Positions 13,232 through 26,225 of a stretch of 64,000 bases of DNA are shown here, piece by piece; the stretch's first letter is position 1, and each line of letters starts with the position of its first letter. The notes beneath the pieces are model-generated. The model worked only from the letters and a program-made list of their open reading frames with translations. It did no database searches and had not been told where the DNA came from. The DNA is from Octopus bimaculoides (Eukaryota), in assembly GCF_001194135.2 (NCBI RefSeq), contig NC_068995.1, positions 40,797,225 to 40,861,224 of the forward strand, in the 5' to 3' direction. The position numbers and the translations under genes are program-made.

Positions 13232-13645
13232 TCTCTCTTTACTCTTTTACTTGTTTCAGTCATTTGACTGCGGCCATGCTGGGGCACCACCTTTAGTCGA
13301 GCAAATCGACCCCAGGACTTATTCTTTGTGAGCCTAGTACTTATTCTATCGGTCTCTTTTTGCCGAACCGCTAAGTTACGGGGACGTAAACACACCAGCA
13401 TCGGTTGTCAAGCGAAGTTGGGGAGACAAACACAGACACACAAACATATACACACACATACATATATATATATACATATATACGACGGGCTTCTTTCAGT
13501 TTCCGTCTACCAAATCCACTCACAAGGCTTTGGTCGGCCCGAGGCTATAGTAGAAGACACTTGCCCAAGATGCCACGCAGTGGGACTGGACCCGGAACCA
13601 TGTGGCTGGTAAGCAATCTTCTTACCACACAGCCACTCCTGCGCC
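13232..13645 (-). mobile_element. SINE family B, full-length
   Basis: Complete head-to-tail match to the other family B copies. Confidence 0.93.
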
Positions 13646-13953
13646 TATACATATATTATTTATATTATATAATATATATACGATATATATTTATATATAT
13701 ATATGCATATATGTATATATGTATATTTGCATATATATATAATATATATATATGTATATATATATACATATACATATATGAATATACATATATATATATA
13801 CATATATATATATATACATATGTATATGTAGATATATATATATACATATATATACACATATGTATATATATATATGTGTGCGTGTATGTATGCATAAAAA
13901 CAATAAATTGAATAGATAGATACAATTGACAATCCAATAATTATTGGATTGTC

Positions 13954-14185
13954 CACGTAGAACACGGGTTACTCTGAAAGTTTTGACCAATTTTGTATTT
14001 TAGAAGTAGAGATGACCCGGAAGTTGTTCCCTTTCGATTACCATCGCAAACAACATGAGCTTTCTTCAACCGAATACGCGTCCTTGATTGGTTGAAATTA
14101 CCCAAATACGACAACTTTAACACGAAATAACTTGTAAAATACGAAATTTGGTCAAAAATGTTCAGAGTAAACCGTGTTCTACCTG
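13954..14185. mobile_element. Putative MITE with ~50-bp terminal inverted repeats
   Basis: GTAGAACACGGGTTACTCTGAA...TTTTAGAAGT matches the reverse complement of ACTTGTAAAA...TTCAGAGTAAACCGTGTTCTAC; no TSD seen. Confidence 0.7.
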
Positions 14186-15206
14186 AGAAATTCTACCAGT
14201 ATTCGAAATTTCAAACTGTTTAGTTAAAAATATAATTTAAAAATCTGTGATTGAGATGGAATAGATCCTGAATTATACCCATATTTCTGTGGTATTCAAC
14301 TGACATACCAGTGAATTGGATGTTTTGCACACCGCTTTGAAGGAATTCTTTTTCTTGGCTTGTTACTTTATNNNNNNNNNNNNNNNNNNNNNNNNNNNNN
14401 NNNNNNNNNNNNNNNNNNNNNNNNNNNNNNNNNNNNNNNNNNNNNNNNNNNNNNNNNNNNNNNNNNNNNNNNNNNNNNNNNNNNNNNNNNNNNNNNNNNN
14501 NNNNNNNNNNNNNNNNNNNNNNNNNNNNNNNNNNNNNNNNNNNNNNNNNNNNNNNNNNNNNNNNNNNNNNNNNNNNNNNNNNNNNNNNNNNNNNNNNNNN
14601 NNNNNNNNNNNNNNNNNNNNNNNNNNNNNNNNNNNNNNNNNNNNNNNNNNNNNNNNNNNNNNNNNNNNNNNNNNNNNNNNNNNNNNNNNNNNNNNNNNNN
14701 NNNNNNNNNNNNNNNNNNNNNNNNNNNNNNNNNNNNNNNNNNNNNNNNNNNNNNNNNNNNNNNNNNNNNNNNNNNNNNNNNNNNNNNNNNNNNNNNNNNN
14801 NNNNNNNNNNNNNNNNNNNNNNNNNNNNNNNNNNNNNNNNNNNNNNNNNNNNNNNNNNNNNNNNNNNNNNNNNNNNNNNNNNNNNNNNNNNNNNNNNNNN
14901 NNNNNNNNNNNNNNNNNNNNNNNNNNNNNNNNNNNNNNNNNNNNNNNNNNNNNNNNNNNNNNNNNNNNNNNNNNNNNNNNNNNNNNNNNNNNNNNNNNNN
15001 NNNNNNNNNNNNNNNNNNNNNNNNNNNNNNNNNNNNNNNNNNNNNNNNNNNNNNNNNNNNNNNNNNNNNNNNNNNNNNNNNNNNNNNNNNNNNNNNNNNN
15101 NNNNNNNNNNNNNNNNNNNNNNNNNNNNNNNNNNNNNNNNNNNNNTTTTTAATGGCCGTCTAAATTCAAATAACACTCGGCCCTTCATCTTTTCCTCATA
15201 CCAGCA

Positions 15207-15266
<60 letters not shown>

Positions 15267-15779
15267 TACATACGTATGCTCTGCCTGAGGCCCCCAACTC
15301 ATAGACCAAGTCGTAGGACGCCGTCGTGAAATATGGCGGCGTGTCTGGGGCAGCTTTTATATTTAGCGGGGACCATTCCTCTCCTAACCAAACTACAGCC
15401 GATTCTGCCTGAGAAAGAAAAAGAAATCGATCTCAGCATTTAACTGGTACAACATCTATGGACTCCGAAATTATGAAAGCAAATTTGACCCCAGTTAGAT
15501 TTGAACTCAGAGACCGACCAGAGGGCAGCAAGGATCAGTTCCTACCTTGCCGTCGCTCAAAAAAATTTAGCGATTCACCACCTTCTTACAATGGTGTGCT
15601 TTCGCTGATTTACAATATAAGACCTAAACATTCGCGGAAGTGCCTCCTGTATTCGCCGGAAGACCATAATTAGTAATAATCAATGATTTATGATATTCTC
15701 ACCGAATAATTATTTCCAATCAACTCTTTAAAGTACATTAAAATGACTCAATGTTAAATATGTTAGATTCCTAATGGCC

Positions 15780-16215
15780 CATGCATTATAGATGTCAACT
15801 TTTGTCCATAGTACACACATTAAAAATATAATTTGCATGGTCTTTGATATGTTTATTTTTTAACGACTCATTACTCAGAGATATAAATATTTTAATGATA
15901 CATGTATTAAAGATATTCATTTTTTTAATGCTTTTTCATTAAAGATGTTAAACTTTCTATGGAACACATAAAAGATGTTAACATTTTAATAGTAGAGACG
16001 TTATTCTTTTGAAATTTCCATTCGTTAAAGGTGTAAAGATGATCCACTATTAAATATATCAATTCTCTACGATCCTCGCATTAAAGATATTAATCTTTTT
16101 ATTACACACGCCATTAAATGTGTTAATTTTTAACGATCCATAGATCCATAGATGTTAGTTATTTAATGGTCCACACATTGACATGTTGACATTTTAATGA
16201 CTTCTATCTTAATGG
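15780..16215. repeat. Old, degenerate ~32-bp minisatellite with near-palindromic unit
   Basis: Recurrent CATTAAAGATGTTAACATTTTAATG-like units, e.g. at 15785, 15818, 15937, 15967, 16079, 16112, 16176. Confidence 0.7.
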
Positions 16216-16242
16216 ATCATACATTATTATTAATGCTACCAC

Positions 16243-16455
16243 TAAGGCGGCAAGCTAGCGGAATCGTTAGCACGCCGGGCAAAATGCTTGGCGGCATTTC
16301 GCCATCCTTACGTTCCGGGTTCAAAGTCGACTTTGCCTTTCATCCTTTTTGGGGTCGATGGATTACGTACGAGTGAAACATTGGGGTCGATGTAATAGAC
16401 TAGTCGTTTCCTCCAAAATTTCAGGCCTTGTGCTTTTAGTAGAAAGGATTATTAA
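16243..16455 (+). mobile_element. CORE-type SINE (family A)
   Basis: TAAGGCGGCAAGCTAGCGGAATCGTTAGC...GTAGAAAGGATTATT. Confidence 0.9.
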
Positions 16456-16595
16456 TAATAACACTAACTTTACTGAGTTCGACTAATTTCCGTGTTATCT
16501 ATGTATGACAACCGGGAACAGCTTTGTCTCCACCCCCACCCCAACTTCAGATTTTGATTCGATACAATGTTTACCGACGTAGTATATTCGGTTCT

Positions 16596-17102
16596 GTGGA
16601 GGCGCAATGGCCCAGTGGTTAGGGCAGCGAACTCGCGGTCATAGGATCGTGGTTTCGATTCCCAGACCGGGCGTTGTGAGCGTTTATTGAGCGAAAACAC
16701 CTAAAGCTCCACGAGGCTCCGGCATGGGGATGGTGGTGAATCCTGCTGTACTCTTCCACCACAACTTTCTCTCACTCTTACTTCCTGTTTCTGTTGTGCC
16801 TGTAGTTTAAAGGGTCAGCCTTGTCACACTGTATCACGCTGAATCTCCCCGAGAACTNNNNNNNNNNNNNNNNNNNNNNNNNNNNNNNNNNNNNNNNNNN
16901 NNNNNNNNNNNNNNNNNNNNNNNNNNNNNNNNNNNNNNNNNNNNNNNNNNNNNNNNNNNNNNNNNNNNNNNNNNNNNNNNNNNNNNNNNNNNNNNNNNNN
17001 NNNNNCTCAGCCACTTGCACGTTAATTTCACGAGAAGGCCGTTCCGTTGATCGGATCAACTGGAACCTTCGTCGTCGTAAGCGACGGAAAGCCAACAACA
17101 AC
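16596..17102 (+). mobile_element. SINE family C (gap inside)
   Basis: GTGGAGGCGCAATGGCCCAGTGG head to GCCAACAAC tail. Confidence 0.92.
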
Positions 17103-17988
17103 ATATTCGGTTCTATAGGTTATATAGAATTAGCATTCGGGAAACAGCTTTGGTTTTAATCTCCTCAGACGACGATGAAATAAATTCACCATACACTCTA
17201 TCAATAGCCTTTGGGTCAACAGAAAGAACCAACGTTTTAGAAATCCCCCCCCCCAAAAAAAAAATAATAATAAAACTGAACATTGATAGAAATTCTTCGA
17301 TCATTGACGCCAGTAAATTCAAACCACCATCTTGTATTCTGAGTAAAAGAGAAAATATCTTAATTCACAGGCGTTTTGTACAAAGCGTGAAACAAAACAA
17401 TATTTTGGTTGGTGTTAACAGATTAACTAGACATCAATTTGTACTGAAACAGTGAAAGACAGACAACTATTTCTTTTAGTGTTTACATATTTAACGTATG
17501 AAGTGTTAACAAGCCAACTAGACAAACATATGGAGTGACACCCAGAGAGAGAGATAATCAGACAGACAGACAGGCAGTTAAATTAGTGTTGACACATGTA
17601 TGTAATGTCTTTAAGAAGCTAACAAGACGTCTCAGAATGTAACCAGAAAAGGGACTCCCGAGTTACAGGCCTAAAATCACTGACAGACACAATCGAGCCT
17701 CTGACCTACAAGCATGCTATGTCTCCTCTCTCTGCTTTTCCTAACCGATACTATAATGGACTCTGTCCCTTGAGGCGGTCGAGTTTCGTTGCGACCCCCT
17801 CTGGTACACCTGTCTTGTTTATCTTTTTCTCAAGCCCCATACTAATCCATACACCTAGTTCCTCTTACCTAGTAATCATTCCCTTGGAATTCCAGCGATA
17901 GTTTAAGAGGAATATTAACAACGCCAGCGTCATCAACCTGGAATGTCTCACGGAGGCCATGGATACCGCACCTTCTTCTAAACCAAGT

Positions 17989-18025
<37 letters not shown>

Positions 18026-20176
18026 AAATGAAATGACAATAGTAAACTATGAATATTATTCTACAGCAAATACTAGAGACAACTCAGTCATATTCCGGAT
18101 TATTCTGACCTCATTAGTTGAAAAAAGATTGGCTACAATTTACTTGCCGAAGTAGTGAAGACTGTATAACTAAGTATAATGTACAGTATTGTTTAACGTA
18201 GCATTTATTTGACGTATGAGTATAGAATGGTTTAGAAATCACAATACTCAGAGACACCATTCTAAGGAAAAGTAAAATTTATATGATTGAAAGTATTTTC
18301 TATGTCTTCTGCCTTTTCCCAGTAAGAAACAGATTTACTCGGCGTACAGCGTTAAACTAAATCTAAAAACAAAAAAAAATATCTGAAGAAGAATATTTAT
18401 GTTGTTAATCCGAATAAAATTGTTTTTATTTTGCCAGTAAGGGAGACAAATCTACACAAGTTTCAATCTTATTTTGACCTTATCATTGAAGTAAAAGAAT
18501 TAGCGAGGAAACCAAAACTAAGTAAAATATGATTGACTATTAGAGCTGGTGAAAGGAAATATAATTAATTAAACATTAAATATATTTATAAAAACAAAAT
18601 GTATAATTTTTTTAGTAGAGTATGATGGTGGTGGTGGTGGTTATGGTGTGCAGTCAGCTCTGATTGATCATTCAACATTTTAAAAATTTATCTTAGTTTT
18701 ACAGACGAATGTCTCAAGGATTTCATTATTTAATGTGTTCTTTCTTTGGTAAAGTATTGAATACAAACTTGTTACCAGTTCAAATATTCTTGAGGGATAT
18801 TCGAAACCGTAAGAAAACCATTCACTATATTTTGTCATGGAGAAAATTTCTCGCTGCAGACAAATAGGTATAAATACACCGAGTCAGTTCACAGCTTTAC
18901 CAAACCAGACAGTGGGATGCATGCATTTCGGAGTGGTTATCTCCTCTTCAGCCGCAGAGACCACGAACGAACGTGCTGCGAACTGATACGAGAGGCAGAA
19001 CCCTCTCATGATATTCCTGTCGTTTAGAGACTGTTTGCGGTATTCAACGGCTCTCCGTAAATAAAATACGGGTGATATGAATAAATACAAGCCTGTTAAT
19101 AGTTCAAATATGCTTGAGACATATTCCAACCATTCACTGTATTTTGTCGCAGAGAAAAATTCGTTGTGTTGTCTAAGAAGAGTGATTTGACTGCTATGTC
19201 TAGCGAATCGGCGATCCCGTTCGTTCGTTGTATTGACGTTACAGTGAAGTGTAAAACATTTTTATCATTTTTCTCATTCAATCTTCGAACTGTTCAAGTT
19301 AATCGGGTGTCATGTGAATGCTGTTTTATTTCATTTACACACACACACACACACACAAACACACATACACGCACACTCACACAAACATATGTATATACAG
19401 ATATGTATATACATACATATACATACATACACACGTATATATGTATGTTTAAAAGACAAATATGGCGACATTCGTACATCTTTCTCTCTCTCTCTCTCTC
19501 TCTTTCTGTCTGTCTGTCTCTCTCCCTCTCTCTCTCCCTCTTCCTCTTTCTTTCCCTCTACCTCTCTTTCCCTCTCCCTCTCTCTCTCTACTTCTCTTTC
19601 TTACTCACTCACTCTCTCTCTCTCTCTCTGAAATAATGCCTTAAGAATAATGTCACTTCCCTCATGTACAACTCATCGAAATCCAATTTTCTATCATTTA
19701 AAATTCTCGAAATTCTCTCAGGTGAAATGCATCACCTTATTAATACGTTTAATAAAATATTATCTACTACTACTTATATGTTTCATCTTATCATCTCGAA
19801 CATTCCACCGAGTTTTCTTGCAATGTGTAATGAATTCTCACTTTACACACCACTCCAAAAATAGAATTTTCATCTTTCCAAACATGAATGCTAATCTAAA
19901 GTGATATTGTCAGCAAATCAACGACGTCATGGCATTGTAGGTTTCCACGTTTATTATACCTGGCGGAAGTCTTTTAGATACATCGTAAATGGAAATAAGA
20001 ACGCAATATGTGAGAGAAAAAAAGAAAAACAAAAACAGAAAAACAAAATGCTATAACTAATCATGACTAAATTAAGAAGCCATGGTGATCTGTCTTAATC
20101 CGGTTTAAAGACATTGATTTATGGGAGCGGGGAGAAGATTAAAGTCATATAAAATCTCCGGGTTGAAAGACAGTAT

Positions 20177-20607
20177 AGGTGTAGTTGTGTGGTATAAAGT
20201 TCGCTTCTCAACCACTTCGATGCGGATTCGGTACCACAGCGTGACATCTTAGGCAAGTGTCTTCTACTATAGCCTCGGGCTGACCAAAGCCTTGCAAGTG
20301 GACTTGGTAGACGGAAACTGAAAGAATCCCGTCCTGTGTGTGTATGTGTGTGCGTGTGTGTGCGTGTATGCTTGTGTGTATTTATATGTGTGGGTCTTTG
20401 TTGTTTCCCCCCTCACCACCGCTTGGAGTGTTTGTGTGTTTACGTCCCCGTAACTAAGCGGTTCGGCAATGAAACATATAGAATATCTACCAAGCTTTAA
20501 AAAATTAACACCTTGAGTCGTTTTGTTCAACTGAAACTCTTCAAAGCGGTGCCCCAGCATGGCCGCACTCAAATGACTGAAACTAGTAAAAGATAAAAGA
20601 TAAAAGA
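20177..20607 (+). mobile_element. SINE family B, diverged
   Basis: GCAAGTGTCTTCTACTATAGCCTCGGG, internal (TG)n, CCCCGTAACTAAGCGGTTCGGC and (GATAAAA)n tail. Confidence 0.88.
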
Positions 20608-20687
20608 AAAAATATCTATAAACTGAAAAGCTTTTGTATCAGATGCTCTACCAATTCTAGTATCCATCACACAATATTGGATTCACA

Positions 20688-20912
20688 TAAGGTGGCGAGC
20701 TGGCAGAACTGTTAGGACGTCGGACAAAATGTTTAGTCGCATTTCGTTCGTCTTTATGTTCTGAGTTCAAATTCCGTCGAGTTCAACTTTACCTTTTATC
20801 CTTTCGGGGTCGATAAAATAAGTACTACGCGAGCACTGGGTTGATGTAATCGACTTTCCCCACCCCCAATTCTCCGAAATTACTAGCCTTGTGCCAAAAT
20901 GCGATACCAATA
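20688..20912 (+). mobile_element. CORE-type SINE (family A)
   Basis: TAAGGTGGCGAGCTGGCAGAAC head; TTTTATCCTTTCGGGGTCGATAAAATAAGTAC core. Confidence 0.88.
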
Positions 20913-20940
20913 TTAGGGTCCCCTTTGCAGATGATTTTAA

Positions 20941-21163
20941 CTCTTTAGCATTCAGATTCCTCTGTCAAATGTAATGCTTATTTTTATTCACACTGATATG
21001 GATTGGTCATGCATTGACTTGTAGCTTTGAGCTTTTCGATATTGTGATTGTTTAATTTTAGAATAATATTGTAGGATAAGCGTGAGCGGCTGAATCTGGC
21101 CAGTTAGAAGATAACACAAGTAGGTTATTTTAGCCGGAAAAGGCCGGTTTAAATGCAAAAGGG
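20941..21163. mobile_element. piggyBac-like MITE
   Basis: TTAA then CTCTTTAGCATT on the left; AATGCAAAAGGG on the right (10/12 inverted match); right TTAA decayed to TTTG. Confidence 0.6.
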
Positions 21164-21805
21164 TTTGTTGTCTTCTCACATTCACGCAATCTTAGAGTAT
21201 AAATTGGTTTGAGGTTATCAAATACACTCCAGTACTTCAGCCGAAATGTGAAAGGTAAAGTCTACCTTGGCAGAAGTTTGAAATCAGAATGAAGGGAGCC
21301 AAGTGTTTTTTCCGGTGTTGACTGTTTAACATTTACTCTACCCCCACTAGTTTTTTCTGGCTCAAAGCCACATAGTTTGGAGACGGGGTAGGGTATAATC
21401 GACTAAGTAAACCCCAGTATTTGACAGGTACTTTTTATCNNNNNNNNNNNNNNNNNNNNNNNNNNNNNNNNNNNNNNNNNNNNNCCCCCCCCCCCCCGAG
21501 TGGATGAAAGCTAAAATAAATTTAGCCAAGCCGGACTTGAACCCAGAACATAAAGCTACGGAACTAAATAGCGCGGGACATTTTGTTCGCCACTACCAAT
21601 TCTGCCAATACACCAGTCTGTTGTAACTCATTTTATTGGTCTCCAATTTTGGCACGAGGCCAGCATTTTGGTAGAGTGGTAAATCGATTGCATCGATCCT
21701 AGTATTCAACTGTTCAACTGGTACTTATTTTATCGACTTCAAAAGGACAGAAGGCAAAATCGACCCTGAGGGAATTTAAACTCAGAAGGTATATACATAT
21801 ATATA

Positions 21806-21841
<36 letters not shown>

Positions 21842-22829
21842 TGTATATGGGCAAGCGTTTATACATGCGCACATATTTCTGTGCCACGTTGAATCTCTCT
21901 GAGAACTACGTTAAGGTTACGTGTGTTTGGAGTGTTCAGCCACATACACGTTAATTTCACGACCAGTTCATATACTTCATATATATATATNNNNNNNNNN
22001 NNNNNNNNNNNNNNNNNNNNNNNNNNNNNNNNNNNNNNNNNNNNNNNNNNNNNNNNNNNNNNNNNNNNNNNNNNNNNNNNNNNNNNNNNNNNNNNNNNNN
22101 NNNNNNNNNNNNNNNNNNNNNNNNNNNNNNNNNNNNNNNNNNNNNNNNNNNNNNNNNNNNNNNNNNNNNNNNNNNNNNNNNNNNNNNNNNNNNNNNNNNN
22201 NNNNNNNNNNNNNNNNNNNNNNNNNNNNNNNNNNNNNNNNNNNNNNNNNNNNNNNNNNNNNNNNNNNNNNNNNNNNNNNNNNNNNNNNNNNNNNNNNNNN
22301 NNNNNNNNNNNNNNNNNNNNNNNNNNNNNNNNNNNNNNNNNNNNNNNNNNNNNNNNNNNNNNNNNNNNNNNNNNNNNNNNNNNNNNNNNNNNNNNNNNNN
22401 NNNNNNNNNNNNNNNNNNNNNNNNNNNNNNNNNNNNNNNNNNNNNNNNNNNNNNNNNNNNNNNNNNNNNNNNNNNNNNNNNNNNNNNNNNNNNNNNNNNN
22501 NNNNNNNNNNNNNNNNNNNNNNNNNNNNNNNNNNNNNNNNNNNNNNNNNNNNNNNNNNNNNNNNNNNNNNNNNNNNNNNNNNNNNNNNNNNNNNNNNNNN
22601 NNNNNNNNNNNNNNNNNNNNNNNNNNNNNNNNNNNNNNNNNNNNNNNNNNNNNNNNNNNNNNNNNNNNNNNNNNNNNNNNNNNNNNNNNNNNNNNNNNNN
22701 NNNNNNNNNNNNNNNNNNNNNNNNNNNNNNNNNNNNNNNNNNNNNNNNNNNNNNNNNNNNNNNNNNNNNNNNNNNNNNNNNNNNNNNNNNNNNNNNNNNN
22801 NNNNNNNNNNNNNNNNNNNNNNNNATAAT

Positions 22830-23150
22830 CAGGTCATCCTATAAGTTCTTTCTGATTTTACCTTTTAAAAAATTGAAAGAAATTTAATAGTATTTTAGAA
22901 TGTCTAATGGAATTTAAAATTATTTTTATGCATTTGTGTACATTTAAACTAATTAAATATTATTTTACAGAATAATAGAATAAAAATTTCTTTGATTAAA
23001 ACCCTTTCTAACATGGAAGTATCCAAAGAGCATTTGAAGCACATAATGCTTTACGAGTACAAAAATGGAAACTCCGTAGCCGAAGCGACTCGAAACATAC
23101 ATTATGTATGGTAATGAATCTTCGTCGTTCGACGATGAGGATTCAGTTGT
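22830..23150 (+). pseudogene. 5' fragment of a mariner transposon (TIR plus start of transposase HTH)
   Basis: CAGGTCATCCTATAAG end; ATG at 23013 gives MEVSKEHLKHIMLYEYKNGNSVAEATRNIHYV, the mariner N-terminal pattern H.RH..LYEF..G..A.EA.RNI; then frameshift and deletion. Confidence 0.8.
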
Positions 23151-23800
23151 TTGATCCCAGCTGAACTACCTGCTCCCAGATCAATGAGTAAGCGGCTGAG
23201 TATTCCACAGACGTATGTCTCCTTAACATAATTCTCAATCAAAATCAGTATGACACAATGTGGTATGACAAGCCTTTACCTCTTCCATTACAATACAAAA
23301 ATTCTGTCTACACTGAATTCCCCGCCCCTCTTGGTTGTTCACTATTAAATAATTTATAAATATACTATGTGATCCGTTACGGAATTTTCATTTCACAAAT
23401 CTACAGATTTAAGTGTTTTGTACTCGATATTGTGTAAGATAGCTCAAGAGCCTGGTTGAGTTACCATTCGTAGTTTTGAAACAAAAATGTCTCACAAGCG
23501 ATTCTTTGCTTGTCACACTAGAATATTCTCTCTAAGAGTTTTCTGTAGAGATTATATCCCTCCAGATTATTTTGAGAATATGGCAGCATATAATAGTCTC
23601 ATCTACAATTAATTAATTTATACTGTATCACGGTATCACAGGATTTAATTATAATTTTATTTTTGCGATTTCAATAAGATGAAAGGTAAAGCTGGTTTCC
23701 GGTAGGATTCGAACTCTCGGTTTGACTGAACAAAACTGAAAACTGCAAAGTGTTTTGCTTATAACTCAACTATTTCTGTTATTCCCAGTTCATTAGCCTG

Positions 23801-23983
23801 TTAAATTTTGGTACAAGGCCAGAAATTTTGGGGGAGGGGTGAAGTCGATTACATCTACTCCAGTACAACTGGTGATTATTTTGTCGATCCCGAAGAGATG
23901 AAAGACAAAGTCGACCTCGGGGAAATTTGAACTCAGAACAGACGAAATGCCGCTAAACATTTTGCCCGGCGTGCTAATGATTC
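23801..23983 (-). mobile_element. CORE-type SINE (family A)
   Basis: Reverse-strand CORE and GGCCTTGTACCAAAAT tail; head interrupted by the next copy. Confidence 0.85.
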
Positions 23984-24216
23984 TTATTTCTTTATTGCCC
24001 ACAAGGGGCTAAACACAGAGGGGACAAACAAGGACAGACAATGGGATTAAATCGATTATATCGACTCCAGTTCGTAACTGGTACTTATTTAATCGACCCC
24101 GAAAGGATGAAAGGTAAAGTCGACCTCAGCGGAATTTGAACTCAGAACGTAGCGGCAGACGAAATACCACTAAGAATTTCGCCCGACGTGCTAACGTTTC
24201 TCCCACCTCGTCGCCT
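23984..24216 (-). mobile_element. CORE-type SINE (family A) with alternative 3' tail
   Basis: Full head and CORE, but 3' end CCCCTCTGTGTTTAGCCCCTTGTGGGCAATAAAGAAATAA. Confidence 0.88.
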
Positions 24217-25121
24217 AGCTTGTCCTAATATCAATTTCTAAAATTAGCACAAGATTACAATATTAATGTTGGAAGTGTGGTGGATGTAGTCAATTGAACA
24301 GGAGTTGATGAAACATTATTTTATCAATCTAGGGAGAATGACAGGCTAAACTCAAGATTTGAACTCATAAAACAATGATCCAGCTAGATCATATTCAGTA
24401 CCAGTTATGGTGCAGTCAAAGTGTTTCACTATCAATAAATATCCCAAATAAATCCTCTTCTGCTCATTGTCTGACAATTAGTTAAATAGAATTCCAAATT
24501 ATTTTTAGAACAATGCAACAAACATAAGCTTATCTCGATTTAATTGCGTCTGTGTCCTGTTGTGTACAATAGAATTATATAACATTATTTTAGAGCAATA
24601 TGTATATTGTTATCTAAATTAATAAATGTTTATGCTATATGGTCTATTATAGTATCTTCCTCGAACATTGCCTGCCACAATTTGCTCTATCAGGTCATTC
24701 ATGGTATATATCGATTAAAATATATATATATATACAGCCTGACTTAGCCACCGTCCATGTTGTGACAGACAAGGTCGAAATTGTAATTCTGACCAGCATA
24801 ATCTCTCCAGAAGTTTTAACTCCAAAATTATTTTAGAGCATGAAAAGAAGTATATTCTTACATTAGAATCTGGGGGATCAATCAAAATATATTGGCTGAC
24901 ATCACCCATTCCCTTCGTTTCACTTCTCTAGCGACGGCGGGGATAGTGGGGCAGTGGTGTTGGCGACAGCGGCAGCGCCGTCGGTGGCGACATTTCATAT
25001 TGATTAGTTTTCTAAAACCCATAAAAGTGATTGCCGTCTTTCGAAGATGGAAATCGACGGAGCTACACTTCATACAAATTCTCTTCCTTATTTGATACTC
25101 AGGATGTACAGATTTCATTGA

Positions 25122-25171
<50 letters not shown>

Positions 25172-25227
25172 CGTGTGTGTGAGTGTGTGTATATATACAG
25201 TATATATATACACACAANNNNNNNNNN

Positions 25228-25278
<51 letters not shown>

Positions 25279-25493
25279 TAACACATACATATATATGTAT
25301 ATATAAATATGTGTGTACGTGTGTGTGTGTATGTATATATGTATGTATGTATTAGTTGTCGGTTATCAGTCGTTCGGCTGCATATCTTTTCTGTTTCATC
25401 CACAGGATGTTACTGTTTAATTGAAAGAAAGATAAATGTATAACATAATATAAACAATGATAGACGAATATATGATAATATAAATATGTACGC

Positions 25494-25524
<31 letters not shown>

Positions 25525-25935
25525 TTATGTATGTATGTATTATGTATGTATGCATATGTATGCATATGTATGTATGTGTGTATGTATATTTTGTGTCTTC
25601 GTTTGGTCTTCGTTTTCCATTACTGTGCGGAAGTGTCTAAAATACAACATCCTGTATGGTCGCTGTTCAGTCGAAAGCAAGGGTAAGATTTAGCAAACCT
25701 AGCCTGTATTAAGCAGCAATAATAGAGAGTGGAACGCGTCCTTAAATTCCCATCTTGGTCTTGTGTTTATGCCATGAGAAGTTTTGTGTTCACATGAGAA
25801 GCCTATTTTATGTATCATCAAGATTTTGAAGTTCCTTTTCTAAGGAGCTGAAATGGCTCCTTAGAGAATGAAGGTCTCTACACATGTCCCGGAGAAAGCC
25901 AGCCTTGTTGACTTTGGATTATCTATATAAGCTTA

Positions 25936-26154
25936 GGTCGGTGAGCGGAGGGAATCATTAGCACGCCGAGCAAGATGTTTAGCTACATTTCGTCCGTTTT
26001 CAAGTTCTGAGTTCAAATTCTGCCGAGGTCGACTTTGCATTTCATCCTTTCGGGGTCGATACAAATAATTGTCAGTTGAGCGTTGGGGTCGATCTAATCG
26101 ACTTAGCCCCTTTCTTTAAAATTGCTGGCCTTGTACCAAAACCTGAAACCAATA
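25936..26154 (+). mobile_element. CORE-type SINE (family A)
   Basis: GCCGAGGTCGACTTTGCATTTCATCCTTTCGGGGTCGAT; tail TTGCTGGCCTTGTACCAAAACCTGAAACCAATA. Confidence 0.88.
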
Positions 26155-26225
26155 CCTATATAAGGTTTACCGGAAAAAAAAATAAACACTTCACAAAGAC
26201 ATTATAAAAACTAAAGAATTGTCAT

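Noticed and set aside
23116-23147. ATGA-initiated hairpin resembling a SECIS element
   Set aside because: Lacks the apical AA motif and lies within a decayed mariner coding sequence.
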